Source of the DNA: a virus
Reading direction: 5' to 3' (one strand)
Virus genome (UHGV): UHGV-0069399
Length of the DNA stretch: 49,013 bases
Made by a program: the position numbers and the translations under genes. Shown one piece after another: positions 7,353 to 18,500 of the stretch (positions are counted from its first letter, which is position 1; each line of letters begins with the position of its first letter). The notes below the pieces were generated by a model. That model did not search any database, was not told where the DNA came from, and saw nothing but the letters and a program-made list of their open reading frames with translations.

Positions 7353-10300
7353 CAGAATACCCCTGTTAATTTGCCAATCTGCACGCGGAGAACGCCATTG
7401 CCATCTTTAACGCTGTAATTCAGATTGGTCATTTTCGTTGCCCCCTCCCCGGCAACAGCCCCATTCATTTCAAACGTTCCGTCTGATTTCATAATGGTGC
7501 CTGTTTGTCCCTGAACATAATTAGCGGAGCGCAGTTCGCCAATTTTTGCCAGAGTGATTTGACTATACTGAATAAAAGCATCGCTGATAAACACCTGACC
7601 ATTAATAGAAGCAAACGGAGAATATTGTGTATCACCGCTGCCACTCATCAGGACGAACTGATTGGCGTTAAAGCCGACACGGGTGACTACCGGCTTACCC
7701 GCTTCGGCCAGCACGGCAATCGACATCCCGGCGTTATACATCACACCGTTTATTCGAACTCCGGTTTTAAGAGTGTAAATTGCAGATGCCCCGGTCGCAT
7801 CAACCACGGCGGTGAGCTTATCTTCCAGCGCGGCAGTCACATCATTGAACTGCGCCTGCACCTGCGTCGACATTTCAGCCATGGCTTTATCGACCTGCGC
7901 AATGGTCGTTTTAACCACCAGAATATCCGCGCGTACCTCGCCGTACTGCGCCCACTGGTGTTCCACGGTTGCATGGTTGGCCAGCGCGTTCTGCAATGCG
8001 GCTTCGAGATTGGTATCAATGTCGCCAGTCAGGCGGTCACCGTCGGCAGATGTCAGGAAGTCATCAGCAATATCGCCCAGGTAGTCGTCAGCATTCGCAT
8101 TAGATTCACCACGAACCCAGTCGGTCCAGTCACTCTGATTACCAATGCGATCAACCAGACGAGCCCGGTACCAGAACTCCTGACCTGCCTTCAAACCCAG
8201 TTGGGTATATGTGTGTTGAGGATACGGAACTCCTGCAAGCAGCAGAGGATTATCCCCATTTCCGTTTGCTGAATACTGCAGTTCGGTCTGGAGAGTATCA
8301 CCTGTATCCGCCGGAAAGGACCAGTCAGCCTGTATGCCCCAGTTGATTGCTGTGGTGCGCAGACCAACCGGCTTGGGAACATCCCCAGTACGTCCAGTGA
8401 GATGAGTCAGCACAGAAGAGGTCCACAAACTGGACGCTCCACCAGAGTTAATGGCGCGGACTCTCACGAGGTAATCGCCTGAGAAAATCCCGGCGATCTC
8501 TATATTGCGCAAGCCTGTTTCGGGAATGTTGATCCACTCATTATCACCACGTTTCCACTGTGCCTGATACGCGACAATATCCGCCTGAGGTTTCCCGTTT
8601 TTATCTACTGGCGCATCCCAACTCGCAACCATGGTTGCAATACGCTGCCCCTGCCGGACCGAGTCGTAACTGCTAATCGCGATATTCGTGGGCTGGCTAA
8701 CCAGGCCTATCGGTAACAGACTAATCGGCGGCGTATCCAGCCGGGCGTTGTTATCAACGGCATCGTACTTAGCCCCGTTGTACTCTGCACCGGTGATACT
8801 GTAGGTGTTCTCTTCATCGTTAAATGTCAGATTGGTTACACGGAAATACTGGAGGCGCAACTGGCCTGCATCGATAACAAAAATGGCATTAGGTTGTGGC
8901 TCAGCGGTAAAGGCAGTAGCCAGTATCAGTTGCTGGCCGTTAACCGCCTGAATGGTTCTGCTCTCAACGGTACCGCCCAGGGTACGAATCATCAGCGTAT
9001 CACCCGCCACCGCACTCGTGCCGCGATCGGTAGTTACTGACTTCAACCCTGCATCGTAATCAGTAATACGTCCACCATAGACACGCCCAGACAGCCGCTC
9101 ATCTGCAAACGCAAATACGGTCCCCGGCACATAAGCGAAGCCATCGAGTCCCGTCTGGACAGTGATAATACGGTCCAGAGAATTGGAGTACACTGCCCAA
9201 CCACCCCGGCGCTGAGCTTCGCTTTCACGTGTGCAGCCAATCGCGGTTAGCTGAGTCTGCTTAAACTTGAACTGCTTAACCAGATCGGGAAACATCACTG
9301 CAGTAGTGCGATCCTGATAGTGGTTATCCGGGTCACTAAAGTTAATCAGCGCTGAGCTATAGCGATTCTTTTCACTGCCGCTGGAATAGGTTGGTTTCCC
9401 GACCACAGAGGCACGGGTGAGGATCTGAAGTTTTGACGTATCCGCAGGCATATCAGAGACAACATTGAACATGTTGTTGCCCCAGAAAGTCATTCCGTTG
9501 AAGCCCGCGGCAATATCTTTAATCACCTGCCAGGCATCAGCCTGGGACTGGATGTAAACGTCAAACATGAAGCGTGGCTCGGTAACGCTTCCGCCTTTCC
9601 CGTCGGGTACCTTCTGGTCGCAGCGCTGGGCGATGCGATAGAGCTCCCACTTATCGAGCATTTCTGGCGTCACGCGGCGCCCAAGACCGAAGCGCGGCTC
9701 AGTCACAACATCGAACCAAATCCACGCCGGGTTATTCGTCCAGCCCCATTTAAACGTCCCGTCCCATGTTCCGCTATAAGTCCGCGCTATTGGATCATAG
9801 TTCGAAGGGATTCGGATGATGCGCCCCTTCGGCATGCAGGAAATCTTAGGGATGTTGTTGAATGACTTTGCGTTAAAGGACACGTACAGCAGCGCTGTGT
9901 GTGGATATCGTAGGCGAGCATCGATCACCTCAGTAATCGCTTGCACCTGCGTTTTGTTCTGCAGCATCTGGCTGGTGCTGTCATCGGTGTCACGCACCAC
10001 TCGAATTTGCCAGCCAGTGCTGGCTTTGGGAAGATTAATACGGTGGGTTAGTTCATAGAGCGAACTGAGCTTCTCTGTGACGGTTTTAGTCATGACTGTC
10101 GAGTAAGCGCCACCGTCCACCGCAAGGTCAATATGGTACTGAACCGTGGTGCCGACAATATCCCCATCGTTTTCCTGCTGCTGTAACCCAGGGATGCCAA
10201 TACGAACCAGCACCGCGTCAATCTGGGTGTTACTCAGTGCGCGGGTCCATGGTGTGGCCTTTGTCAGCGATACGCCAACCGTAGTTTCATTCTCGACTGC

Positions 10301-10561
10301 AGGGAATCCCGGTATTGGTGTCTGTGTCTGTGTGCCAGGCCGGAATTCCCATGACACATTTTCAAAATTCATCGTTCCGTCGGGGTTTCCCAACGGCGTA
10401 CCGTCCAGGAATATCCGGGTCGCATCCAGGCCACCAGCAAACTCACCCTCCCCGAGCGCCAGCAGCATGCGGCAGCGCGCCATTGACTGAGCCGAATCGG
10501 GCTGTTCTACAGGTGTATGCTGCTTCTGGCTGCCACCCTTTGCACCAGTGATCACTTCCAT
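7352..10561 (-). CDS. host-specificity / central tail fibre protein J
   Basis: ~1070 aa; start chosen at ATG 10561 (MEVITGAKGGSQKQHTP...), which aligns with the lambda J N-terminus (MGKGSSKGHTPREAK...); internal FKWGWTNNPAWIWFDVVTEPRFGLG block matches lambda J. ORF-track start at 10708 is probably too long. Confidence 0.9.
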   Translation of the reverse strand: MEVITGAKGGSQKQHTPVEQPDSAQSMARCRMLLALGEGEFAGGLDATRIFLDGTPLGNPDGTMNFENVSWEFRPGTQTQTPIPGFPAVENETTVGVSLTKATPWTRALSNTQIDAVLVRIGIPGLQQQENDGDIVGTTVQYHIDLAVDGGAYSTVMTKTVTEKLSSLYELTHRINLPKASTGWQIRVVRDTDDSTSQMLQNKTQVQAITEVIDARLRYPHTALLYVSFNAKSFNNIPKISCMPKGRIIRIPSNYDPIARTYSGTWDGTFKWGWTNNPAWIWFDVVTEPRFGLGRRVTPEMLDKWELYRIAQRCDQKVPDGKGGSVTEPRFMFDVYIQSQADAWQVIKDIAAGFNGMTFWGNNMFNVVSDMPADTSKLQILTRASVVGKPTYSSGSEKNRYSSALINFSDPDNHYQDRTTAVMFPDLVKQFKFKQTQLTAIGCTRESEAQRRGGWAVYSNSLDRIITVQTGLDGFAYVPGTVFAFADERLSGRVYGGRITDYDAGLKSVTTDRGTSAVAGDTLMIRTLGGTVESRTIQAVNGQQLILATAFTAEPQPNAIFVIDAGQLRLQYFRVTNLTFNDEENTYSITGAEYNGAKYDAVDNNARLDTPPISLLPIGLVSQPTNIAISSYDSVRQGQRIATMVASWDAPVDKNGKPQADIVAYQAQWKRGDNEWINIPETGLRNIEIAGIFSGDYLVRVRAINSGGASSLWTSSVLTHLTGRTGDVPKPVGLRTTAINWGIQADWSFPADTGDTLQTELQYSANGNGDNPLLLAGVPYPQHTYTQLGLKAGQEFWYRARLVDRIGNQSDWTDWVRGESNANADDYLGDIADDFLTSADGDRLTGDIDTNLEAALQNALANHATVEHQWAQYGEVRADILVVKTTIAQVDKAMAEMSTQVQAQFNDVTAALEDKLTAVVDATGASAIYTLKTGVRINGVMYNAGMSIAVLAEAGKPVVTRVGFNANQFVLMSGSGDTQYSPFASINGQVFISDAFIQYSQITLAKIGELRSANYVQGQTGTIMKSDGTFEMNGAVAGEGATKMTNLNYSVKDGNGVLRVQIGKLTGVF

Positions 10562-10616
10562 ATTACATCCATAAAAAAAGCACCCAATTGGGTGCTTGAT
10601 ATTCAGAAAGGAGTTT

Positions 10617-11210
10617 TCAGATGTCTTCTGCGACGATGCCAGCACTGATGATGGCGCCGCCAATCTCGCGCTCACCATAAAGAAGCGCGACCGGGTTACC
10701 CATCGCAAGGGTGTTCACCGAGCCACCGAAGGCATATGAGGGTCTATTGTCAGGATCGTCTCGCCCCTGTAGTCCTTTGGGCTGGGGCGAAAGCATCTGG
10801 TAAATCCCACCAGCCATCATTCCGATACCAGCGGAGACCATACCCGCGCCAATGATACCTGCTGAACCGAACGTCATGCCCGTGACGACGATGCCCGCCA
10901 CAACCATGACAGCACCCAATATTGTCTGGAACAAACCCGCTTTTTTTGCCCCTTCCATCACGGGTGCTATGCGAATATCGGTGCTTCCGGCTAGGTTCTT
11001 AAAATCATCCGCGCCAATGTTGCGCCTGCCGCGAAACACCGCGAACGTCATACCATTCTTTTTGGCGTTCAAAAGATAGCTTTCCAGCCCGTCCAGGTTG
11101 ATACATAACGCCTTCACGGCTTCCGCTGACGTCTGCACCGCCAGTTTATGCACGCGCCCAAATCGCGCACCCAGCGCACCGTACAATCGAATCGTGGTTA
11201 AGCGCGCCAT
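10617..11210 (-). CDS. tail assembly protein I
   Basis: 197 aa; glycine-rich hydrophobic C-terminus typical of lambda gpI; position between K and J. Confidence 0.85.
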   Translation of the reverse strand: MARLTTIRLYGALGARFGRVHKLAVQTSAEAVKALCINLDGLESYLLNAKKNGMTFAVFRGRRNIGADDFKNLAGSTDIRIAPVMEGAKKAGLFQTILGAVMVVAGIVVTGMTFGSAGIIGAGMVSAGIGMMAGGIYQMLSPQPKGLQGRDDPDNRPSYAFGGSVNTLAMGNPVALLYGEREIGGAIISAGIVAEDI

Positions 11211-11929
11211 GGCTGAATCTCCTGCGGCAAATATTTATGACGAACGCAGATCATCATCCTGTCTTTGAAATAACCTCGCGCATACGGCGTGATGCAGGAT
11301 GGTTGCCCGTACAGATGGTGAAGCAGCTCGCCTTCCTCGGTAATGATCCCCGCGTGGTTCCACTTACTGGATTCAACCTGCATGATGACCATACAGCCTG
11401 GCGACGGGTCGCATTCGACAAACCCCTCCCGTTCCCAGTTATCGAAATAGAGGTTGTCAGGGTACTGGCTTTCCCACCACGGGTATTCAACGCGAAAATC
11501 AGTCAGCATTACACCCTGGGTGGCATGCCAGTCCATGATCAGCCCCCAGCAGTCGTGAGAGCCAAGGATGAACGGGCGTCCTATCAGCGGGATAGCGTCC
11601 GGCGTTAACTCAGCATATTCATCGCAGTCCGGCGCGTAGATGCCCCAGACCACACTGGAGTTATTGCACTGCTGGCGGTCCAAATCGGACGGAATAGGCC
11701 GGGCACCGTCGCCTGGGTGGGAGTGTATGACTCTAATAATGGTTCCTGCGTCCTCGGCATTTGCCCAGTGCTCACCATCAATACGGAAATGCTCAGATGG
11801 GTTTTCATGACTGTTCGGTACCGGAATATATCGCTGACGCCTTCCTGACTGGATGACAAAGCCGCAGCACTCGCGTGGCGATTCCTCCATAGCATGCGCC
11901 CGGATAGCGTTCATTATCGTTTTGTTCAT
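11198..11929 (-). CDS. tail assembly protein K (JAB/MPN plus NlpC/P60-like)
   Basis: N-terminus AIRAHAMEESPRECCGFV and HSHP motif align with lambda gpK. Confidence 0.85.
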   Translation of the reverse strand: MNKTIMNAIRAHAMEESPRECCGFVIQSGRRQRYIPVPNSHENPSEHFRIDGEHWANAEDAGTIIRVIHSHPGDGARPIPSDLDRQQCNNSSVVWGIYAPDCDEYAELTPDAIPLIGRPFILGSHDCWGLIMDWHATQGVMLTDFRVEYPWWESQYPDNLYFDNWEREGFVECDPSPGCMVIMQVESSKWNHAGIITEEGELLHHLYGQPSCITPYARGYFKDRMMICVRHKYLPQEIQPWRA

Positions 11930-11941
11930 ATTGAAGTCCGG

Positions 11942-12715
11942 TTATCGGGAGAAGAGAACAGTTGCCGGGAATCCCCCAAAATCGAGGGTGGCAGTATTGG
12001 GTTCAGCCAGGCCCGCACCAAATCGCTTGCGGCAATCGCTCAGGCAACCACCGCACACGTCCAGCGCAGGGTCAGCGACCACATTCCCCCTCGCATCAAA
12101 ATATGCTGTTCCATTGTAGGTGCAGCCGTCACCGCCGCGGTACTGGCCGCGCAGCGCCCACTCGCACAGCGATGTAATTTGACGGGTGGGAATAACCAGG
12201 TTCTGCAGGTCTGCAGGACTACTCAACGCCCACGTCACCTCTTCATCATCTTCAGAGGTTTTAGTGTCCAGCCAGAAGGTCTGCAGGGAGAACATCGTCG
12301 GGTCTGCTGTCGGATTCACCCCGCCCGGGAAGTTCACCGCATCGAGGTAAACAGCGTAGGTGTCGATAATACTCACCTTTGCATTCACCATATCCTTGAA
12401 CTGGAGGCACAACGCAGTGATATGCCCGTCAAGGTTCGATACGCTCAGCTTCGGTTCTGCGGCCTGGTCGGTTGAAAGTGCGAGGTCAGAAATCTGGAAG
12501 GGCCAGAAGTCGAAGGTTTTGCCATCCCAGATGATGGGCTTTGGTCCAAGCTTAGCTTCATCTCCGTTCGCCGCTTCAATCTCGGCGGGCGTATGGGGAA
12601 ACGGACTGTAGTGAAAGCGGTGAATACCGCCGCTGAACTCTGAAGCATCTACTTCAACCAGCCGGACTCTACCGCCCGGCGCCAGCATTGCAGCTGTATC
12701 AATCAGTGCTGTCAT
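11942..12715 (-). CDS. minor tail protein L
   Basis: 257 aa, between M and K; Cys cluster near the C-terminus as in lambda gpL. Confidence 0.85.
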   Translation of the reverse strand: MTALIDTAAMLAPGGRVRLVEVDASEFSGGIHRFHYSPFPHTPAEIEAANGDEAKLGPKPIIWDGKTFDFWPFQISDLALSTDQAAEPKLSVSNLDGHITALCLQFKDMVNAKVSIIDTYAVYLDAVNFPGGVNPTADPTMFSLQTFWLDTKTSEDDEEVTWALSSPADLQNLVIPTRQITSLCEWALRGQYRGGDGCTYNGTAYFDARGNVVADPALDVCGGCLSDCRKRFGAGLAEPNTATLDFGGFPATVLFSR

Positions 12716-12723
12716 GCTCCACC

Positions 12724-13074
12724 TCAGGCATAGACGCCATAGGCGCGCTTAATCGTGAATGTCAGCTCAGCGAATTTGCTGCTGAGTTGGTTTTTACGCA
12801 CCGAATCGGTCACGACGCGATACAGACCCATCTCCTCGCCCGGCGGCGTGATGACGAATGCTTTAACGGTATGTGCCAGAAGGAAGTCACGAACAGTATT
12901 CACTTCTGAGTCAGCGCCCACATGCTTCATCGGTATCTGAATCGCCGTGGAATTAATGCCGTTCTCAGCCACCTGCTCGTAGCCATCACCAAACTGCGCC
13001 GAGCGCACCGTTTGACTGTATTCGACAGCACCCGCGCCGAGTTGCGAGTGCCAGTTGTAGGTATCAACTGCCAT
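12724..13074 (-). CDS. minor tail protein M
   Basis: 116 aa, immediately upstream of L; lambda gpM size and position. Confidence 0.8.
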   Translation of the reverse strand: MAVDTYNWHSQLGAGAVEYSQTVRSAQFGDGYEQVAENGINSTAIQIPMKHVGADSEVNTVRDFLLAHTVKAFVITPPGEEMGLYRVVTDSVRKNQLSSKFAELTFTIKRAYGVYA

Positions 13075-13267
13075 ATATACTCCATAAAAAAAACCCAGCC
13101 TGAGCTGGGTTAAACATTAGGTTATTGATTAAGCTGATGAAAAATTAACCTGAAATAACATCCTTGAAAAAAGAATTAGTTACTTCACACATATAAAATG
13201 ATGAAATATGCGACACTCCGTCAATATTTTTATCCATCATAGCTAACCAATTCACAGGGATAGTTTA

Positions 13268-14881
13268 ATGAATATTGTGCATTATGCAGCCATTGGAGCT
13301 GTAGCTTTCGTAGTTGTTCTAACAATTTTGGTGATAAACATCATTAAATTAAAGTCAGCCAAGGCTGATGCAGCAGAAAAGGCGGCAAAACTTGAGCGTT
13401 ACGCGTCAATCACCAATGCTGAAACAGAAGCTGAACGAATCGTGAATGCAGCTAAGCAAACCGCAGAAGAGTTAATTATTGATTCGCAGAATAACCTTGA
13501 CGAGGCAAAAGCTGAAGCAGCCAACACTATTGCAGCCAGTGAAAAAGATGCAAGATCTATAACACAGCGTGCGGAGGATATTCTATCAGATGCGCGTTTA
13601 GCAGCTAAGCGAATGAACGCAGAGGCGCTGACCGCTGTAGAAACACAAAGAGTCAAGCGTGCAGAAATTGAAAAACAGATTGATGAATTGCGTAAATCCT
13701 ATCGTGAGAAAAAAATCACTTACGATGAGCTGACGGAAGCCCTGTCAATTTATAAAGATGATATGGAATTTGCTGACATGGGGTTCTATGCACCACACTT
13801 CGATTTTGATACCTCGGCTAGTTTTCAGGATGCGATCAAGGCATGTCGCGAACGGCAAAAAAATCTGCTACGTGACAAAACTGAATTTGGCGCAATACAT
13901 TGCCCTACTGAATGGACGGTTGGCGGCTCTAAAAGTGAAGGTCGGAAAATGACCACTCGCGGCATTCAGATGACAGCACGTGCATTCAATGGTGAGTGTG
14001 ATGCAGCTATTGCAAACTGCACATTTAAAAACGTTTATCAAATGGAGCAAAGAATTTATAAAGCCTTTGATGCCTTGAATAAGATGAATGAGGTTAACCA
14101 GATTTACATCAATCGTGCTTTTTTAGATTTGAAGCTGGATGAACTTCGACTTACACATGAATATCGTTTGAAAAAACAAGAAGAACGAGAAGAACAACGT
14201 GAAATCCGCGCTCAGATGGCTGAGGAGAAGCGAGCTCAAGCCGAAATTGATCGTGCACTTCGAGAGGCTGAAGATGAAGAACGCCGCGCCCAAAAAGCGT
14301 TGGATAAAGCCCGAAAAGAAATGGAATCGAAGCTAGCCCAAATGACAGCTGAGCAAGTTGAGAAACACCAAGCGAAGGTATCCGAATTAGAACATGCCTT
14401 AGAAGAGGCATTGTTGAAAGGCCAAAAAGCTCTTTCTATGGCTCAACAAACTAAACGCGGCCACGTGTACGTTATCTCTAATATTGGTTCGTTTGGTGAT
14501 GATGTTTTTAAAATAGGAATGACACGTCGACTTGACCCTCAAGATCGAGTGGATGAACTGGGTAGTGCATCAGTCCCATTCCTGTTCGATGTTCATGCAA
14601 TGATTTTCAGTGAAGATGCACCAACAATGGAAAACATGCTCCACCAGCGTTTCAATGAGCAACGCACTAACCTAGTTAATAAGCGTAAAGAGTTTTTCAA
14701 TGTAAAATTAAGCGATATCAAAGATGCTGTGTTTGAGATCGCAGGTAAAGATGTAGATTTTATCGAAACAGCAACTGCTCAGCATTATTATGAAACAAAG
14801 GCAATTCGTAAGCAGAAAGCGGATATCATTTCAGTTGTTCCTCAAGAGGAAAAACTACCTAAATTTGCGGACGCAATATAA
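13268..14881 (+). CDS. membrane-anchored coiled-coil protein with DUF4041-like core and C-terminal T5orf172 (MUG113, GIY-YIG-like) domain; inserted accessory gene
   Basis: 537 aa on the opposite strand to the flanking tail genes. N-terminal hydrophobic helix (AAIGAVAFVVVLTILVINII), long charged coiled-coil stretches, C-terminal GHVYVISNIGSFGDDVFKIGMTRRLDPQDRVDELG...FNVKLSDIKDAV matching the T5orf172 signature. Own AT-rich promoter region and terminator. Confidence 0.85.
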   Translation: MNIVHYAAIGAVAFVVVLTILVINIIKLKSAKADAAEKAAKLERYASITNAETEAERIVNAAKQTAEELIIDSQNNLDEAKAEAANTIAASEKDARSITQRAEDILSDARLAAKRMNAEALTAVETQRVKRAEIEKQIDELRKSYREKKITYDELTEALSIYKDDMEFADMGFYAPHFDFDTSASFQDAIKACRERQKNLLRDKTEFGAIHCPTEWTVGGSKSEGRKMTTRGIQMTARAFNGECDAAIANCTFKNVYQMEQRIYKAFDALNKMNEVNQIYINRAFLDLKLDELRLTHEYRLKKQEEREEQREIRAQMAEEKRAQAEIDRALREAEDEERRAQKALDKARKEMESKLAQMTAEQVEKHQAKVSELEHALEEALLKGQKALSMAQQTKRGHVYVISNIGSFGDDVFKIGMTRRLDPQDRVDELGSASVPFLFDVHAMIFSEDAPTMENMLHQRFNEQRTNLVNKRKEFFNVKLSDIKDAVFEIAGKDVDFIETATAQHYYETKAIRKQKADIISVVPQEEKLPKFADAI

Positions 14882-14899
14882 CATTTCAATGACAAATTT

Positions 14900-14926
14900 A
14901 AGGGCGGTTTTTAATCGCCCTTTTAT
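14900..14926. terminator. bidirectional rho-independent terminator between the convergent inserted genes
   Basis: AAGGGCG-gtttttaat-CGCCCTT hairpin with T-rich flank. Confidence 0.6.
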
Positions 14927-14941
14927 GTTAAAAGTCATTAG

Positions 14942-15424
14942 TTACATGTTTTTGTAATAGCCGACTTTAGAATCAAAGTCCTGTTTTGCGAGTGGCGTTT
15001 GGCTTGTCACATAAGTCTCCCAGGAGCTGTACGCCTCTACGAGCGCGCGCTTTTCTTCTGCATCCTTAGTACTCGATTTCATTATTTCAAACACTCCAGA
15101 AGCATTCTCTTTGCGTTTGTTTTTTCTGTTAGCGCCGCAAGTCGCTATTGCATCGGCTACAGAATTATTCCACCCAACCAACTGCAGGATCTCCATTCTC
15201 TTTTGAATCACGAACTGATCCGCAGACGCATTCCGTGCCTGAGTCGACAGGTATTCAGCAAACTCCATTTTGTTCATTGGCACTTTGGAGACTGACTCAA
15301 TATTTACGTCACACTTCGAAAGCTCATCATACTTGGCTTGTTTTTGCGCGTTGTTGACTGGACCATTGCCCGCGCACGCAGAAAGAGCCATTGCTAACAC
15401 CACTGTCGTGAAGACCTTTTTCAT
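14942..15424 (-). CDS. lipoprotein (~160 aa), inserted accessory gene between tape measure and gpM
   Basis: Signal peptide plus lipobox LSAC; start chosen at ATG 15424 (MKKVF...) with GGGGA RBS; AT-rich. Confidence 0.75.
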   Translation of the reverse strand: MKKVFTTVVLAMALSACAGNGPVNNAQKQAKYDELSKCDVNIESVSKVPMNKMEFAEYLSTQARNASADQFVIQKRMEILQLVGWNNSVADAIATCGANRKNKRKENASGVFEIMKSSTKDAEEKRALVEAYSSWETYVTSQTPLAKQDFDSKVGYYKNM

Positions 15425-15524
15425 TATCATCCCCTGATTAGTATGGTTTTGACATAATAACCATGGGAGGCATCGGTGTAACCAGGTACGGGTTATATTG
15501 CCATATCAGAATTTACGACGATGC

Positions 15525-18500
15525 CTATTTTGGCTGGAACTGCCTACCAAGGAGGCCATCACTTCGAGTTGCCCTCATAAGGATCTCCGTCACCTTAGTT
15601 TCTATTTCCTTCCCTAACGCCCGCGCTGCTGCGCCTCCGTCTCCAGATGTGTTAGATGTTGCATTGCCCTTATTATCGACATAAATATCAATGTTGACCT
15701 GCGGCTGGGCTCCACCTCCACCCTGCGCCCTTACACCAAGTCTTCCAGCAGAATCCCGTGTCAGCGGCATGATGGCCTCTTCACCTGCCTCAGCAAAAAC
15801 TCCACCTTTGGCGAATTTAGATGCCCCTTGGAAGGTGAAATACTGAGGAGAGTCGTAGACGCCATTCACGTACTTACTGAGGCCCGGAGACTCATAGACT
15901 CCGCCTTTTGCGTTCGGGGTGAATGATGGAACAGCGAATGATTGCCCGCCCCCAGCCGAAGCAACAGAGCCACCACTGATCCACCCCATTGCGGCCTGCA
16001 CTGCATAGGCAACCATGAGGCGGTTCGTCACATCAAGGATCATCTTGAGCATGGATTTGCCGAATTCTTTAACTGATGCTTTGCCAGTGGTCATCAGCTC
16101 AGTCAGCATGTCGCCCAAGCCAGTCAGCGTGGAGCTGGCGACGTTTTTCACAGCATCGTATGTGTTAGTGGCAGCGTCCAGATACTCATTCCATCCGCTT
16201 AAAGCACCAGCCTTCCAATCACCGCGAAGCTTATCCTCTTCGGCGTAGTAGTTACGAAGGGCTGCCAGCTCTTTCTCATAGCCAGCATCTTCTAGCTTTC
16301 CGCCACCATTCAGCCATCCCTGACGAAGCTGCGCTTCTTCGGTCATTCGCTGAGCCATACGACTGCTTAAACCTGACCCGCTACGTAACGCCTCAGACTT
16401 TTCAGCCATCTGCGTTACATACTTATTAGCCTGCTGTGCCAGGCCGTTAATCTTCTGCTGGGCCTCTACTTCTTTGTTCTTCTGATCCACAACCTTCGCG
16501 GCATTCAGAATGGCTTCTCGGCTAGACAGGAGTGACTTCTCCTGCGCGGTCAGTGCGCGGGTTTTGGCAGCCTCGTCCAGTTCCACAAAGCGTGACTGTT
16601 GTTTGCTGAATTCGGTATTTTTGGCGTGAATATCGCCGGTCTGACGCAGGGTTTCGAGGGTTTCCGTTAAGGTCCTTGCCTGCGCCCGGTAGTTCTCCAG
16701 GGTGCGATCGCCAGCATCGAGTGTTGCTTTCGCTTCTTTTGTCTTTTTGGCTGAGTCTTCTGCAAGCTTCGAGACTGCGTTTCTCGACTCGCGGCTCGAG
16801 CCCCCTTCCCCTTTAACGCTGGCACCTCGCGCTTCGGCTTCATAGCTTGCCTGTGCATTAGGCGCAGTGACCCGCTTCCAGAGTTCATCGTAGCGTTTTT
16901 TGTTCGCTGCGATCTCTTTGTCAGCTTCCGCCCCGGCCTTTTTCATAGCCTCAACATCCATGCCGAGGAAGTCGGTTATTGCTCCGCCGCCCGGGATTTT
17001 CTCAGCCCATCCTGCAATGGTCCCAGTAAACTTGGAATCCAGAGAGGTAATGTTGAGGAACAGGTCCTTTATCGAAGCTTCAACCAGGTTGAAAATATCG
17101 ATCACCTGATTTCCCCAGGCGCGGACAGTAATCCCGATATCATCAAAGGAGTCAGATGCTGTTTTCTTCAACCACTGCCAGGACTGCCCAATATTGTCGG
17201 TGGCCCTGTTGGTCTCTTCTGCGCGCTTTGCCATAACGCCAGCAAACAGGTTGATGGCTTCGTTTACCGCCGCCTGCTCCCCCTTCTGCTTACGCAACTG
17301 GATGATGTGCTTCATCATGGCTTCATCAACAAAGCCATACTGCTCATTCAGGCTGGCCAGCCCTTTCACCGGGTCGCTGACAATCTTGCCGAAGTCGGAC
17401 ATCGCCGTTTTGGTGTCACTGCCAGCCTTGCCCATCAGAGTGATGGACGTGGCGATCTGCTTCATCTGGCTGGCGGTATATTTACCAGTGTCATTCAGCG
17501 TAACCAGCGTATCTACGGTGGAACTGATGGATGTATTCGTCTTGCCGGCCACCTCTTCAGCAGCCTCATTGAGCTTCTGCATTGAGGAAAAACCAGCGCC
17601 ACCCATCATGATGACCGATCGCGCCACTTGGTCGAATTGCTCGGATGAACTATATGCCGCAGTAGCCAGCAGACCAACCGTACCGACCAGACCTGCCAGC
17701 GCAATAGTGGTTGGGTTAATCATCCCAGCCATGCTGCGGATGTATTCGCCGACGCCAGTGAGCGCCCCCTGAACCCCGCCAAACTGGTCTTTAATCTGCC
17801 CGCCCTGTTGCAGCAGGATCAGGAAAGGAGACTGCCCACCAGCCAGCTGCGTGGCGATATCGGTGAACTGTGCTGGTAGTGTGCGCATTGCTGCGCTGTA
17901 CTGGCCGACAGATATACCGGCACGACGCGCCGCAGCCTCCTGGCGAGATAGTGCCTCTGGCAGCACGTCAGCCACGCCAGACAGGCGCTCACGCGTCTGG
18001 TTCAGGATTGTATTGAAGTGCTCGAACTGCGCGCCGTTAATACGCCCCGCTTCGAAGTGTGCCACCAACTGCGCATGCTGCTCATCCAGCGAGTTAAACG
18101 CGCGGATAGTCGGGTCGATAGAGCCCAGCAGGTTTTTCAGTGCTGCTGATTGTTTCTCGGCAGCCTGGGTCGCGGCCAGTTCTGCCTGGGCGCGCGCCGC
18201 TGCTTCTCCGGTATCCGTCAGTTTTAACCGGGTCTCGTCCAGGATTTTGTTGTAGTGCTGAAAATCATCAGTATCCAGGAAACCTTTGGTCTGGAAGTTG
18301 CGCAGTGCGGCCTGTTGTTCATCCAGCCGGTTCAGCGCCTTGTTAACTGGATCGATATTCTCCAGCAGCCCCTTCAGCGCGATCTGCTGTTCCTTGATAC
18401 CTTCAGTGCCCTGTTTCGCAGACTCAGCACCAGCACGGAATACGCTATTAAGGTCATCAGCTTTGCCTACGGCACCCGCCGCGGCTTCACCGAGTTTATC

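Noticed and set aside
7505-8272. 255-aa plus-strand ORF inside the J gene (and similar ones at 7812-8084 and 9816-10058)
   Set aside because: Antisense to a well-supported J coding sequence; Cys/His-rich low-complexity translation typical of shadow frames in GC-rich coding DNA.
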